A stretch of DNA of 61,202 nt, the filler included. It is 9 parts of 9 records of this genome, joined end to end, with 100 filler letters (N's around TTAATTAATTAA, not from the genome) between each part and the next. Parts side by side here need not be neighbours in the genome. Positions count along the whole stretch, not along the records: positions 20,483 to 30,326 come from SRR31147125_9077; positions 30,427 to 35,946 come from SRR31147125_9093; 7 more parts are not named here. One strand, 5' to 3'. The position numbers and the translations under genes are program-made. Positions 21,413 through 31,950 of this stretch are shown piece by piece. A model generated the notes under the pieces. That model did not search any database and had not been told where the DNA came from. It saw nothing but the letters and a program-made list of their open reading frames with translations. Within the stretch, counting starts at the first letter, position 1, and each line of letters starts with the position of its first letter.

Positions 21413-22876
21413 ATGCAAGCAAAGAAATACATATTCTTTTTGTGTATGCTTTTCACCCCATTTTGGGGAAGTGCACAATCTAGCTTGGTATTTTACCATA
21501 CTGATGATATGCTTTATACCTCTAATTTTAATCCAGCCTTCTTTTCTTCTAACGAAAAATATACGTTTAGTATTTTTCCAATAGCGGGTGCTTCAATTGG
21601 CTTAAATGATTCTGAAGCCATAAGTCAGGTTTCAGACCTTCTCTTCTTTGATGAAGTTAGTGATATACTCAAGGATATCTTTAAAACGATGGTCAATAAA
21701 AAGCTGTACTATCAACATGGAGAAATGTCACTTCTTAATATTGGCTATCACAGCAAGAATGGCTCATTCAATTTTGTTATTAAAGATCAAGCTCGGCTTA
21801 TGGTCGATTTTGAAGGAGATCTCTCAAAATTCTTGATGAATACCGACATCTTTCATGTACCTTTAAATCAGAGTCAATCTTTCCCTGCTGAAGCAATACA
21901 TTTTCGTGAATATAGTTTTGGTTACTCAAATGAAGTAATTGAGAAACAACTATCAGTTGGGTTCAGGGTGAAACTTCTATTTGGAAAATCATTTCTTTCT
22001 TCTGAAGCATCCGCTACAACGGTTGGGAGTAATAACGACTATTCTGTTGTAACTGCCGGATCAATAAACACATCCATTCCTGCTAATACCGTATTAAGTC
22101 CAACAGGAGATTTTAAAAAATTAGACCCCTTTGCCAGCCAAACAATACTGGATTATTTTATCAATACTGGAAACCCTGGTTTTGCACTTGACTTGGGTGT
22201 AAAATATTCCATTACTCCTGATCTGGAAGTCTCAGCGAGCATACTTGACATTGGAAAGATAAATTGGGAAACCAATTTACACACCTTGGAGTTTGACGGA
22301 AATTATCTTTTTGACAATACTGACATTAAGCTCGATCCTAGCAAGGATATTCTTTCAAAAATCAGAAATGATATTTCATTCGAAGATGAAATATCTGATA
22401 TATTTGACGTTTCCAATGTTTCTGAAAACAATCAAGAAGGTTCAATACCTACCAGTTTTTATATTGGCATGCATTACAAAGTAGATAACCAACTAAATGT
22501 AGGATTTGTAACCCGTCTGATAAAGCATCGGAATTTAAGCTATAATAGTATTGCAATCAATGCAAATTACAAGCTAAACAACCGGATTTCTGCGGTAAGT
22601 GGTTATGCCGTTCATGGTGATTCATATTTTAATGTTCCGCTAGGATTCTTATATAAATGGGATGGAGGTCAAGCCTATATAAGTACTAACAACCTGCTAC
22701 CTCTATTTGCTTCAAATGGCTCTTATTATCAGGGATTTTCATTCGGAACTACTTTTTATTTATTTCGCCCTAAAATGAAATACGAACGGTTTGATTATCT
22801 CCCTTTTTACAAACACAAAAAAAATAGAAAAACCAATACTGACGGTTTGTTATTTAAAGGCTATGAGAAAAAATAA
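21413..22876 (+). CDS. DUF5723-family outer-membrane protein
   Basis: Signal peptide, NFNPAF, GFRVKLLFG, GFALDLG, SILDIGKINW. Confidence 0.7.
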   Translation: MQAKKYIFFLCMLFTPFWGSAQSSLVFYHTDDMLYTSNFNPAFFSSNEKYTFSIFPIAGASIGLNDSEAISQVSDLLFFDEVSDILKDIFKTMVNKKLYYQHGEMSLLNIGYHSKNGSFNFVIKDQARLMVDFEGDLSKFLMNTDIFHVPLNQSQSFPAEAIHFREYSFGYSNEVIEKQLSVGFRVKLLFGKSFLSSEASATTVGSNNDYSVVTAGSINTSIPANTVLSPTGDFKKLDPFASQTILDYFINTGNPGFALDLGVKYSITPDLEVSASILDIGKINWETNLHTLEFDGNYLFDNTDIKLDPSKDILSKIRNDISFEDEISDIFDVSNVSENNQEGSIPTSFYIGMHYKVDNQLNVGFVTRLIKHRNLSYNSIAINANYKLNNRISAVSGYAVHGDSYFNVPLGFLYKWDGGQAYISTNNLLPLFASNGSYYQGFSFGTTFYLFRPKMKYERFDYLPFYKHKKNRKTNTDGLLFKGYEKK

Positions 22877-22926
22877 CATAGTTCAGCCACTAGTCAAATC
22901 GCTATTTAACAGTGCATTGCGATCAT

Positions 22927-22942
22927 TGGCATGAGAATTGCT
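22927..22942 (+). promoter_or_regulatory. sigma54 -24/-12 site upstream of rpoN
   Basis: TGGCATGAGAATTGCT is an exact GG-N10-GC, 68 nt before the rpoN ATG. Confidence 0.7.
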
Positions 22943-23010
22943 TATGCTTGATTTAAAACAGCTCTCTTTTTTTGAAAAGAAACGATTAACTTTGGAGCAA
23001 AACGGACTGT

Positions 23011-24456
23011 ATGCCATCTCAAAAACTTAGTCTACAACAAAAGTTATTACAAAAGCTTTCGCCTCAGCAAATTCAGGTGATTAAGCTTTTGGAGATTCCT
23101 ACAGTTCAATTGGAACAGCGTATTAAAAAGGAACTGGAAGAAAATCCGGTTCTTGAAATGGCTAGTGATTCTACCGACAACAACGATGATCAGGAAAATT
23201 CAAATGAGAGTGAAAGTGATGAGTTCTCTTTGGAGGATTATATCGAAGATGATGATACACCAAATTACAAACTAGCGACAAATAATTATTCCAAAGACGA
23301 TAAGCAAATTGACATCCCTTTTTCTTCCGGTGTTAGTTTTCATGAATTTTTGCAAGAACAACTTGGCCTGGCAGAATTAAATGAAAGCCAGCGAAAACTT
23401 GCAGAATATATTATTGGAAACATTGATGAAGATGGTTACTTACGTCGTGATTTATTTTCGATCAGTGATGATCTGGCCTTTTCAATGAATATAAATGTTA
23501 GCGAAAATGAGTTAAAGGAGATTTTAGAAACAATTCAGGATTTTGATCCTCCCGGAATTGGTGCACGAGACTTGCAAGAATGCTTGCTCCTTCAAATTCA
23601 ACGCAAGAAAGGAAAAGAATCAACCTGCCTTGCTTCACAAATAATTGAGCACAATTTTGAGCAATTTACAAAAAAGCATTACGATAAGATTATTAGCAAA
23701 TACGACATAACAGAAGATGAATTAAAAGATGCTATTAATGAAATACTTAAACTAAATCCAAAACCAGGAAGCTCATATAGTAATCCTTTAAGTAGAGCAA
23801 ACCAGGTAATTGTTCCTGACTTTATACTTGAAAACATTGATGGAGAACTACAACTGTCACTCAATCAAAAGAATGTTCCTGACTTAAAAATGAATGGGAC
23901 TTATCTGGATATGCTTAAGGCTTATACGGGTAACAAAAAGAATATCTCAAAGGACCAGAAAGATGCAATGGTATTTGTAAAACAAAAGCTTGATTCTGCA
24001 AAATGGTTCATCGATGCAATCAAACAACGTCACCACACCCTTTTGATTACCATGTCTGAAATTATTCAACTTCAAAAAGAGTACTTTGAAGAAGGAGATG
24101 AAACAAAGATGAGACCAATGATTCTAAAAGATATTGCTGACAGAACTGGCTTAGATATCTCTACTATATCAAGGGTTTCAAATAGTAAATACATTCAAAC
24201 CAATTTTGGAATTTTCCCACTCAAATTTTTCTTTTCTGAAGGCATGCAAAAAGATACTGGAGAAGAAGTTTCTACTCGTGAGATTAAAAAAATATTGCAT
24301 GAATGTATTGAAAATGAAGACAAGCGCAAGCCTTTAACGGATGAAAAGCTTGCACAAATTCTTAAAGAAAAATCATATCCAATTGCGAGACGAACAATTG
24401 CAAAATATCGCGAACAACTAGGATTGCCTGTAGCTCGTCTTCGCAAAGAATTATAA
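23011..24456 (+). CDS. rpoN: RNA polymerase sigma-54 factor
   Basis: Gln/Leu-rich region I, ENPVLE, GIGARDLQECL, STISR HTH, RpoN box ARRTIAKYRE. Confidence 0.97.
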   Translation: MPSQKLSLQQKLLQKLSPQQIQVIKLLEIPTVQLEQRIKKELEENPVLEMASDSTDNNDDQENSNESESDEFSLEDYIEDDDTPNYKLATNNYSKDDKQIDIPFSSGVSFHEFLQEQLGLAELNESQRKLAEYIIGNIDEDGYLRRDLFSISDDLAFSMNINVSENELKEILETIQDFDPPGIGARDLQECLLLQIQRKKGKESTCLASQIIEHNFEQFTKKHYDKIISKYDITEDELKDAINEILKLNPKPGSSYSNPLSRANQVIVPDFILENIDGELQLSLNQKNVPDLKMNGTYLDMLKAYTGNKKNISKDQKDAMVFVKQKLDSAKWFIDAIKQRHHTLLITMSEIIQLQKEYFEEGDETKMRPMILKDIADRTGLDISTISRVSNSKYIQTNFGIFPLKFFFSEGMQKDTGEEVSTREIKKILHECIENEDKRKPLTDEKLAQILKEKSYPIARRTIAKYREQLGLPVARLRKEL

Positions 24457-24466
24457 ACATTAAATC

Positions 24467-25078
24467 ATGACTACGAAGCAAATTCTAGCTAAAGGTATTT
24501 CAATTGTTTTTCATCCGTTAATTATTCCTACTTTAGGATTTCTACTTTTAATGAATTCAGGTTTTTACTTTTCTCTAATCACTTATGAAATCAAAAAATT
24601 TATTCTTCTAATCATTTTTTTAAGCACATTCCTACTGCCAGCAATCAGTTTGTTATTGCTTACTATGAACACTCGCTTTGATTCAAAAATGGAGAAAAGT
24701 ACCGATCGGGTTTTTCCTCTGCTATTTAGTTCAGTATATTATTTTATAGGATATTACTTTTTAAGCAAAGCCCCAATTTATCCAATCTATAGAATATTTT
24801 TAATCTCTACAGTACTCATCATTATATTATTGATGTTGATCTCAATAAAGTGGAAAATAAGCAACCATATGGCTGCAGTAGGTGGCCTAATTGGTGCAGT
24901 TCTGGCTCTTTCGTTCCGATTAAGCATGAATAGCTCTTGGCTATTAATAGGTTTAATCACAATTGCCGGACTCATTGGTACTTCACGACTATTGCTAAAA
25001 AAACACACAGCTCTTCAAATTTACACTGGATTCTTTTTGGGATTTGCAATAAATTATTTGGTAATCATTTTTATCTAG
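24467..25078 (+). CDS. PAP2-like integral membrane protein
   Basis: Six TM helices; KISNHM...SRLLLKKHT..QIYTG. Confidence 0.6.
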   Translation: MTTKQILAKGISIVFHPLIIPTLGFLLLMNSGFYFSLITYEIKKFILLIIFLSTFLLPAISLLLLTMNTRFDSKMEKSTDRVFPLLFSSVYYFIGYYFLSKAPIYPIYRIFLISTVLIIILLMLISIKWKISNHMAAVGGLIGAVLALSFRLSMNSSWLLIGLITIAGLIGTSRLLLKKHTALQIYTGFFLGFAINYLVIIFI

Positions 25079-25475
25079 GCATAATCCAAAGCTTGCTATA
25101 CTCATCTTCTTTCTGCATTTCATTTAATGCTTCTTTTGCAAGTTGCAAATCATTAAACGATTTTAATGCTAAACGAAAGTAACCATCATCATTTTTCATG
25201 ACGATTTCGGACTTGAAGCCTTTTGCCAGATATATTTCATTCCAACTTTGGGCTACCTCTTCCATTGTATAGGAATTGATAACCAGAAAATATTTATCAT
25301 CTTGATTTACACCTTCATCAATAATTTCTACAACAGGTTCAGGAGATAGTTCTGGTTCAACCATCTGAACAGTATCCTGAGGTGAAACTTCAAGGGAAAG
25401 ATCAACCTTCTTGGGTTTTGATTTACAAGCAACAAGAGCTAAGATAAAAAACAGCGCTATAATTCTAAGCTTCAT
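25071..25475 (-). CDS. SPOR-domain lipoprotein
   Basis: Lipobox LVAC and a C-terminal SPOR-like pattern (YFLVINSY...A...GYFRL...A...W). Confidence 0.65.
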   Translation of the reverse strand: MKLRIIALFFILALVACKSKPKKVDLSLEVSPQDTVQMVEPELSPEPVVEIIDEGVNQDDKYFLVINSYTMEEVAQSWNEIYLAKGFKSEIVMKNDDGYFRLALKSFNDLQLAKEALNEMQKEDEYSKLWIMPR

Positions 25476-25533
25476 ATTTATCAATTTTATTGCAAATGTA
25501 TAAATATGAAGGGATTAAACAAGAACTATAAGC

Positions 25534-26235
25534 TTATTCAACAAACTTATAGCCTATACCTTTAAGCGTTTTAATGTGGTCGTTGCCAATTTTCTCTCGT
25601 AGTTTTCGAATATGCACATCAATAGTGCGATCTCCAACTACAACATTATCACCCCAAACAGAGTAATAGATTTCTTCGCGGGTAAATACTTTCCCAGGCT
25701 TAGAAACTAAAAGAGATAATAATTCAAATTCTTTTCGTGGAAGTATCATTTCCTGCCCACCTTTTTGAATTAGATATCTTTCTTTGTCGATTACTAAATC
25801 ACCAATAGATACGGTATTTGTATTTTCCACTGCCTCGTTGGCTCCAACAGCACTCCCCGTTCTTTTAAGCAATGCTTTTACTCGACTAACAAGAACTTTA
25901 GGACGAATTGGCTTGGTAATATAATCATCGGCTCCTGCTTCAAATCCAGCAATTTGCGAATAATCCTCTCCGCGAGCTGTTAAAAAAGCGATAATAACAT
26001 TCTGTAATGAAGGGATTTTGCGAATTTCCTCACAAGCTGCAATCCCATCCATTTCTGGCATCATTACATCCAATATAATTAAGTCTGGTAATTTCTTTTC
26101 AGCAATCTTTATGGCTTCAAGACCATTTTGAGCAGTATAAACTTTATAATCTTCTTTTTCAAGATTATAACTAATGAACTCAAGAATATCGACTTCATCA
26201 TCGACCAATAGAATTTTGTATTTTGTATCACTCAT
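25534..26235 (-). CDS. OmpR/PhoB-family response regulator
   Basis: REC domain plus winged helix (KEFELL, VFTRE, RTIDVHIRKLREK); next to a PhoR-like kinase and a phosphate transporter. Confidence 0.92.
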   Translation of the reverse strand: MSDTKYKILLVDDEVDILEFISYNLEKEDYKVYTAQNGLEAIKIAEKKLPDLIILDVMMPEMDGIAACEEIRKIPSLQNVIIAFLTARGEDYSQIAGFEAGADDYITKPIRPKVLVSRVKALLKRTGSAVGANEAVENTNTVSIGDLVIDKERYLIQKGGQEMILPRKEFELLSLLVSKPGKVFTREEIYYSVWGDNVVVGDRTIDVHIRKLREKIGNDHIKTLKGIGYKFVE

Positions 26236-26327
26236 ATTGTAAATAATTTACCCTGCTAAAGTAGGCTTGATGCGTGAATAAAACGTTAATTATTTATTAA
26301 TTATGAAATTCCGTTAAATTACCTATT

Positions 26328-27359
26328 TCATTTTGCTTTTTCAAGTGTAAATGTGAAAGTTGTCCCCTCATCTACAATTGATTTAACATTTATTGTTTGT
26401 TGGTGTGCTTCAATAATGTGTTTAACGATTGATAAACCAAGTCCTGTGCCTCCTTGTTCTCGTGATCGTGATTTATCAACCCGGTAAAAACGTTCAAAAA
26501 TACGTGGTAAATGTTCTTTCTCAATTCCAATTCCATTATCGACCACTTCAACCATAATGTTATCGTTAAGGTCATAAAATGAAATTTTAACAAAACCTTT
26601 TCGCTTACCATACTTAATCCCGTTAGCAACAAGGTTTGTAAAGATTTCCATAATTCGTTTTTTATCTGCTTTTATTTTCACGGGTTTTTCAGGACGTTCA
26701 AACAGGAGTTGTATTTTACGCTCATTAGCCATAAGCATCTCCATATCAATAACCTCATCAACCATCTTCACCAAGTTAAAAGATTCAATATTTAAGGTCA
26801 TCTCGCCCGACTCAAGCTTATTGATCGACTCAAGATCCTCCACAATCGAAATCATTCTATCGATACTCTTTTCTGTTCGTTTTAAGTAAAGCTTATTGAT
26901 ATTTGGATCATTAATACCACCTTCTAAAAGTGTTAGGATATAGCCCTGAATATTAAAAATAGGTGTCTTCAATTCATGAGAGACATTCCCAACAAACTCT
27001 TTCCGATAACGCTCAAGGTCTTTCAAGCGTGCAATTTCCTGAATCTGATTATTCGCCCATTTTTCAACTTCAACATTAACATCTGCAATAACATTGTCCG
27101 ATTTTATAGGGTGCTTTTTCTTTTCCTTTACAGGGATGTCACGAATTATCTTATAAAGAGGATCTATCTTCTTATCAACATATCTCCGAAGGATAGTAAT
27201 CATTAAAAAATAAGTGAACCCGAAGTAGAATATAAAAAGAATGAAATAGATGTAATTATCTACTATAAAACTTTTAAAAACGAGTAAAGAAACAGAGGTT
27301 ATTGCTCCCATTATTAAAGCAATATAAATTGCTAACCTTTTAGGTGAATATGTCTTCAT
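26328..27359 (-). CDS. PhoR-like sensor histidine kinase
   Basis: NVSHELKTP, NGIKY, DNGIGI, FERFYRVDKSRSR..GGTGLGL. Confidence 0.9.
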   Translation of the reverse strand: MKTYSPKRLAIYIALIMGAITSVSLLVFKSFIVDNYIYFILFIFYFGFTYFLMITILRRYVDKKIDPLYKIIRDIPVKEKKKHPIKSDNVIADVNVEVEKWANNQIQEIARLKDLERYRKEFVGNVSHELKTPIFNIQGYILTLLEGGINDPNINKLYLKRTEKSIDRMISIVEDLESINKLESGEMTLNIESFNLVKMVDEVIDMEMLMANERKIQLLFERPEKPVKIKADKKRIMEIFTNLVANGIKYGKRKGFVKISFYDLNDNIMVEVVDNGIGIEKEHLPRIFERFYRVDKSRSREQGGTGLGLSIVKHIIEAHQQTINVKSIVDEGTTFTFTLEKAK

Positions 27360-27401
27360 TATTTTTTTGTGCTAAAATAGGAAAAAAAGGAATTCATCTC
27401 A

Positions 27402-27440
27402 TTAACAGTAAATTGACAGTTAGTTAACATTTTAGTAATA
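27402..27440 (+). promoter_or_regulatory. Pho-box-like direct repeats
   Basis: TTAACA, TTGACA, TTAACA and GTAATA at 27402, 27413, 27424 and 27435 (exact 11-nt period), upstream of the PiT gene. Confidence 0.7.
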
Positions 27441-27502
27441 CAGTGCCTGTCGTCAGCATGAATGAAGCTTATATTTTTACCGCCGTTAATCTTAATTAGT
27501 AA

Positions 27503-29746
27503 ATGATGGAACAATTCTATTTAATCTTAGTAGTTGTTTTATTTGCCTTGGCAATATCTGACTTGATTGTGGGGGTAAGTAATGATGCAGTTAACTTTTT
27601 GAATTCAGCAATTGGATCAAAAGCTGCACCAAAGTGGATAATTTTTACCGTTGCCAGTCTCGGTGTTTTGGTAGGTGCAACATTTTCCAGCGGTATGATG
27701 GAGGTTGCAAGAAAAGGAATCTTTCATCCCGACATGTTCTTCTTCTCTGAAATCATGGTCATATTCCTTGCTGTAATGATTACCGATGTAATTTTACTTG
27801 ATGCTTTTAATACACTTGGGTTACCTACATCAACTACTGTATCTATTGTTTTTGAATTATTGGGTGCTGCTGTCGCTGTTTCGCTTGTAAAAATTAGCAA
27901 TGCAGGTGAGTCTATTGGAGAACTTTCAAATTACATTAACTCGAGTAAAGCACTCGCAATTATCTCAGGTATTTTACTATCCGTATTCGTTGCCTTTTTA
28001 GTAGGGGCAATCGTTCAGTACATCTCCAGACTTGTATTTTCATTTAAACAGCACAAAACATTAAAATATTACGGAGCTATTTTTGGAGGACTTTCCATAG
28101 CTGCCATGACTTATTTCATGATCATTAAAGGAGCAAAAGGTTCTTCGATCATGACGAAAGAAACAGTTGAATTTTTAAAATCAAACATGGTTTTAATCTT
28201 AATATACAGCTTTCTTGGATGGACTATTCTATTGCAACTACTCTTTTGGGTTTTTAAGATTGATATTCCAAAGATGATTGTACTGGTTGGTACATTTGGC
28301 TTAGCGATGGCTTTCGCAGGAAATGACCTAGTGAATTTTATAGGTGTTCCTCTTGCTGGATTTTCATCCTTTAAAGCATGGATTACTGCAGGTGGTGCGT
28401 CTCCGGAATCATTTGAAATGGGAATGCTGGCTGGTAAAGTCCCAACACCATCTTACATGCTTCTAATTGCCGGTTTTGTAATGATTATTACCTTAATTAC
28501 TTCTCGTAAAGCACGTGGAGTTGTTGCAACAACAGTAGATCTTTCACGAGATGGAGAAGGGGACGAACGCTTTGGGTCATCATTATTTTCACGTACAATT
28601 GTACGCTCAGCAACAACCATCAATAAAAATATTCGCAAAGTACTTCCCGATACGATTATTAAAGGCATAGAAAAGCGCTTTGAACCAAATAGTGATTTTA
28701 ATGACATTCCTGAATATGAACGTCCAGCTTTTGATAAGATTAGAGCATCAGTTAATCTTATTGTTGCAGGAATTTTAATTTCAATAGGTACATCATTAAA
28801 ATTGCCTCTTTCAACCACTTATGTAACTTTTATGGTTGCCATGGGGACTTCATTGTCTGATAGAGCTTGGGATAGAGAAAGTGCGGTATATAGAGTCTCT
28901 GGTGTGTTTACTGTTATTGGAGGCTGGTTTATGACAGCCCTTGTTGCATTCAGCATCGCTGCATTCATTGCATGGATTATCTCAATTAGCGGGAAATATA
29001 TGGTATTCCTATTTGTTGCGATTGCGGTCTTTACTGTTGCTCGAACCTACATCATGTTCAAAAAGAAAGCAGCAATTACCGAGGATGACGATGATGATAT
29101 TCAGGATGCATCTGAGAAGATTATTGAAAAAACGAAAAAGCAAGTGGTTAATACCATTATTTTCGCAAATCAAATATACTCTGTTGGAATTGAAGGCTTT
29201 ATTGAAGAAAAGCGTTCCAGACTTAAAGAAGTAATGGAAATGAACCAGGCTTTTAATAAAAAGACGAGAAAAGCTAAAGAGAAGGTTTTCTCATTTATTC
29301 AAAAGCTTCAACAAGAATCTATGGACAGTGGTCATTGCTATGTTCAAATTGTAGATTATCAACGTGAAACAATGCACTCGTTAAACTTTCTAGTAGAACC
29401 ATTATTACTTCATGTGGAGAACCAACACAAACCTTTCAATCAAGTTCAAATTGAGGAATTAAAAAATCTCACAGGACTTATGGATGAGTACTTCAACTTC
29501 GCCCTTCACATGGTAAAAGAAGATAAATTTGACAAATTTGATGAGCTATTTGAACGAAGAGACAGCTTACTAGAAAAATTGGTTCAAATAGAAAAGGCAC
29601 AGATTAAGCGTATTAAAAATAAAGATGTAAATACACGTAACTCAGTTCTGTTTTTCAATTTGATCACAGAAACGAAAAACTTGATATTTAGCTCTATAAA
29701 CTTGATGAAATCACAGCGAGATTTTATTCAGATAAGTAATAAATAA
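27503..29746 (+). CDS. PiT-family inorganic phosphate transporter with C-terminal PhoU-like helical domain
   Basis: GVSNDAVN, GLPTSTT, AGNDLVN and LPLSTTY signatures. Confidence 0.9.
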   Translation: MMEQFYLILVVVLFALAISDLIVGVSNDAVNFLNSAIGSKAAPKWIIFTVASLGVLVGATFSSGMMEVARKGIFHPDMFFFSEIMVIFLAVMITDVILLDAFNTLGLPTSTTVSIVFELLGAAVAVSLVKISNAGESIGELSNYINSSKALAIISGILLSVFVAFLVGAIVQYISRLVFSFKQHKTLKYYGAIFGGLSIAAMTYFMIIKGAKGSSIMTKETVEFLKSNMVLILIYSFLGWTILLQLLFWVFKIDIPKMIVLVGTFGLAMAFAGNDLVNFIGVPLAGFSSFKAWITAGGASPESFEMGMLAGKVPTPSYMLLIAGFVMIITLITSRKARGVVATTVDLSRDGEGDERFGSSLFSRTIVRSATTINKNIRKVLPDTIIKGIEKRFEPNSDFNDIPEYERPAFDKIRASVNLIVAGILISIGTSLKLPLSTTYVTFMVAMGTSLSDRAWDRESAVYRVSGVFTVIGGWFMTALVAFSIAAFIAWIISISGKYMVFLFVAIAVFTVARTYIMFKKKAAITEDDDDDIQDASEKIIEKTKKQVVNTIIFANQIYSVGIEGFIEEKRSRLKEVMEMNQAFNKKTRKAKEKVFSFIQKLQQESMDSGHCYVQIVDYQRETMHSLNFLVEPLLLHVENQHKPFNQVQIEELKNLTGLMDEYFNFALHMVKEDKFDKFDELFERRDSLLEKLVQIEKAQIKRIKNKDVNTRNSVLFFNLITETKNLIFSSINLMKSQRDFIQISNK

Positions 29747-29763
29747 AAGATAATACTATATAG

Positions 29764-29790
29764 AAGAGGAAGTTTTTGAAGCTTCCTCTT
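29764..29790. terminator. Intrinsic terminator between convergent genes
   Basis: AAGAGGAAG...CTTCCTCTT followed by a T-rich run. Confidence 0.7.
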
Positions 29791-29795
29791 TCTTT

Positions 29796-30002
29796 TTATA
29801 CAATAGTTATTATTTCATCGTCAATCTGAACCTGATCTCCCTTCCGTACTTTAGCTCTTTTTCTGTATTCAATGTTTCCATTCAACATTACCAGCCCATC
29901 ATCCACAAAAAGCTTGGCCTGACCTCCAGACTCAACCAGTTGAAGGACTTTTAACAATTTAATTAGTTCAATATATTCTGTTTTTAATTCAAATTCAATC
30001 AT
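29796..30002 (-). CDS. S4-like RNA-binding protein (YaaA/YbcJ family)
   Basis: YIELIKLLK...SGGQAK...NG..E.RKRAK...GD. Confidence 0.9.
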   Translation of the reverse strand: MIEFELKTEYIELIKLLKVLQLVESGGQAKLFVDDGLVMLNGNIEYRKRAKVRKGDQVQIDDEIITIV

Positions 30003-30011
30003 TCTTAAAAC

Positions 30012-30326
30012 TTATAAATTCATTAATTCTTCTTTCAACTTCCGTGTAAGTTTTGAGGCAACCAAGTCGTAAGAATGGTCAATCATTTCCTTTACTAGCC
30101 CCAAAGGAACAGAGCCATCCATTTCAATAGTATTCCAATGTATTTTGCTCATGTGATAACCTGGCTTTATGCCTTCGTATTGCTCACGCAATTCAACTGC
30201 TCTTTCAGGATTACATTTCAAGTTTATACTTAGCGGTCCTTCCAAATTTCCCAAGGAAAACATTTTCCCCATTACTTTAAAAACCAAAGTTGTATCATCA
30301 AATGGAAGACTTTCGCTTGTTCCTTT
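30012..30326 (-). CDS. MmcQ/YjbR family protein (5' truncated)
   Basis: LPFDDTTLVFKVMGKMF, NLKCNPE, PGYHMSKIHWN, IDHSYDLV. Confidence 0.9.
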   Translation of the reverse strand, partial: KGTSESLPFDDTTLVFKVMGKMFSLGNLEGPLSINLKCNPERAVELREQYEGIKPGYHMSKIHWNTIEMDGSVPLGLVKEMIDHSYDLVASKLTRKLKEELMNL

Positions 30327-30426
30327 NNNNNNNNNNNNNNNNNNNNNNNNNNNNNNNNNNNNNNNNNNNNTTAATTAATTAANNNNNNNNNNNNNNNNNN
30401 NNNNNNNNNNNNNNNNNNNNNNNNNN
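30327..30426. other. Artificial contig spacer
   Basis: N44-TTAATTAATTAA-N44. Confidence 0.99.
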
Positions 30427-30447
30427 TTATCTCACGAGTAAGCTTAT

Positions 30448-30672
30448 TTAACCCTTGGGTTTCACTCTTCCTTCAACGCATATTTGAGAGCCTGTTTGAA
30501 GATAATCTCTACAATTTTCTGCTTGCTTACCAAATACAGATACCTTTACAAATTCAGTATCATCTTCTCTGAATGGATTGTTGATTGCAATGGTGAAATT
30601 GCAATACTTCAAGTCCTCCTTTTCTCCGTACACTGGATCAGCTGTTAGGTTTCCGATTTCTTTTACTTTCAT
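30448..30672 (-). pseudogene. ssb: Single-stranded DNA-binding protein, C-terminally truncated (74 aa)
   Basis: IGNLTADP...FTIAIN...VFGKQAENC..YL..GS.ICVEGR, then an early stop; AGGAG RBS. Confidence 0.75.
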
Positions 30673-30699
30673 GTGTTTTTCTCCTTTGATTTATTGTAT

Positions 30700-30742
30700 A
30701 ATAAAACACTCACATACGTGGAGCTTCCGTGAGTGTTTTATT
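30700..30742. terminator. Inverted repeat / terminator
   Basis: AATAAAACACTCAC...GTGAGTGTTTTATT, 14-bp arms. Confidence 0.6.
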
Positions 30743-30846
30743 AATTTCAACTATAATATGTTCTAAATATTTACTTATATAAAGTATTGGTATTATGTAT
30801 TTATTACTTCTAGCATAATCCTTATTCTATATCAAGTTCTACAATA

Positions 30847-31749
30847 CTAATGACTAATTTTTATTTTAATATCCCACATATTCTCTTCATTTTTACCTAT
30901 AGTAATTTCAATAATTCTATCATCTTTTGTAGTGCCATCGATCCTAATAAATTCTTCTCCATCTTGTATAGCATAATCATCTTCACAGTAAAGATTATCG
31001 GAATAATAATCAAATATTCTATTAGCAATTTCAAAACTATTATTTGTTACTTCAAATGTAGTAGCGGTAAGACCGTTAGAACTTAGCTCATACCCATACG
31101 CAATCTCATTCAAAATAAAACTGTCTACCATATCCTCTGTTAACAGATAATCATTATGTACAAAGTAAATTTCATTTAATTCCTTTATTTTAGTAATTGA
31201 ATCATACTCGATTAACTCGTATCCAATAGCTCCAATATCACCGTTATTAAAATCTACGCTTATTCCATTACCGTTAAATCCAATAAACGCTCCATTCTCT
31301 TCGAAGTTTATTTCTGTATCTATAAATTTATTGCTCTGGCAATCATTTATTAAAGATTGCTTTAGTTCATCTGTCAAATTACACTCGTACTCTAAATATA
31401 AAAACAATTGATCTTGAGGGTTAGAAGAAATCCATCCGCCTGCAAAAAAATCATCAATACTGCTAGTAAAGTGTAAATTGTTTATAATCTCTAGAATTGT
31501 TTCGTATGTAAACTCATGTTTAGGCTCAGCTGTAGGTTCAGGTGTGCTTGGGGTTTTTAAAGAAGATACTGACTCGGTAGCATTTAATTCAGAATCAGAT
31601 AATGATATCTCATTAATTTTTTCTTCTAATGTAGCAACTTTATTTTCTAATACTATAATTCGATCTAGACATTCATTATCTAAATTACTGTCACAAGCAG
31701 ATAGTAAAAAACACGATATAATAGCTAAAACAATTAGTTTTTGTTTCAT
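30847..31749 (-). CDS. Hypothetical acidic lipoprotein
   Basis: Lipobox LSAC, coiled coil, TPEPT linker; GAGGAG RBS. Confidence 0.75.
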   Translation of the reverse strand: MKQKLIVLAIISCFLLSACDSNLDNECLDRIIVLENKVATLEEKINEISLSDSELNATESVSSLKTPSTPEPTAEPKHEFTYETILEIINNLHFTSSIDDFFAGGWISSNPQDQLFLYLEYECNLTDELKQSLINDCQSNKFIDTEINFEENGAFIGFNGNGISVDFNNGDIGAIGYELIEYDSITKIKELNEIYFVHNDYLLTEDMVDSFILNEIAYGYELSSNGLTATTFEVTNNSFEIANRIFDYYSDNLYCEDDYAIQDGEEFIRIDGTTKDDRIIEITIGKNEENMWDIKIKISH

Positions 31750-31779
31750 TATATAGATCTCCTCTTCAACATTTAATGC

Positions 31780-31950
31780 TTATATTATATCACCTATATA
31801 CTTATCCATCAATTTATCATTCCAATCTTTACCAATATCCGGTGGACTAGCAGAAACTTTATAACCCCAGCCTTTCAACTTATTCATAATAAAGAAACTT
31901 GCACCGATTCCGTCTTCATCGTTATCAAGATAGTGTTCATTTAAATGAAT
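31780..31950 (-). pseudogene. Toprim-domain C-terminal fragment (conjugative-element type)
   Basis: Translates as YLDNDEDGIGAS...PPDIGKDWNDKL. In-frame stop just upstream and no start codon. Confidence 0.65.
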
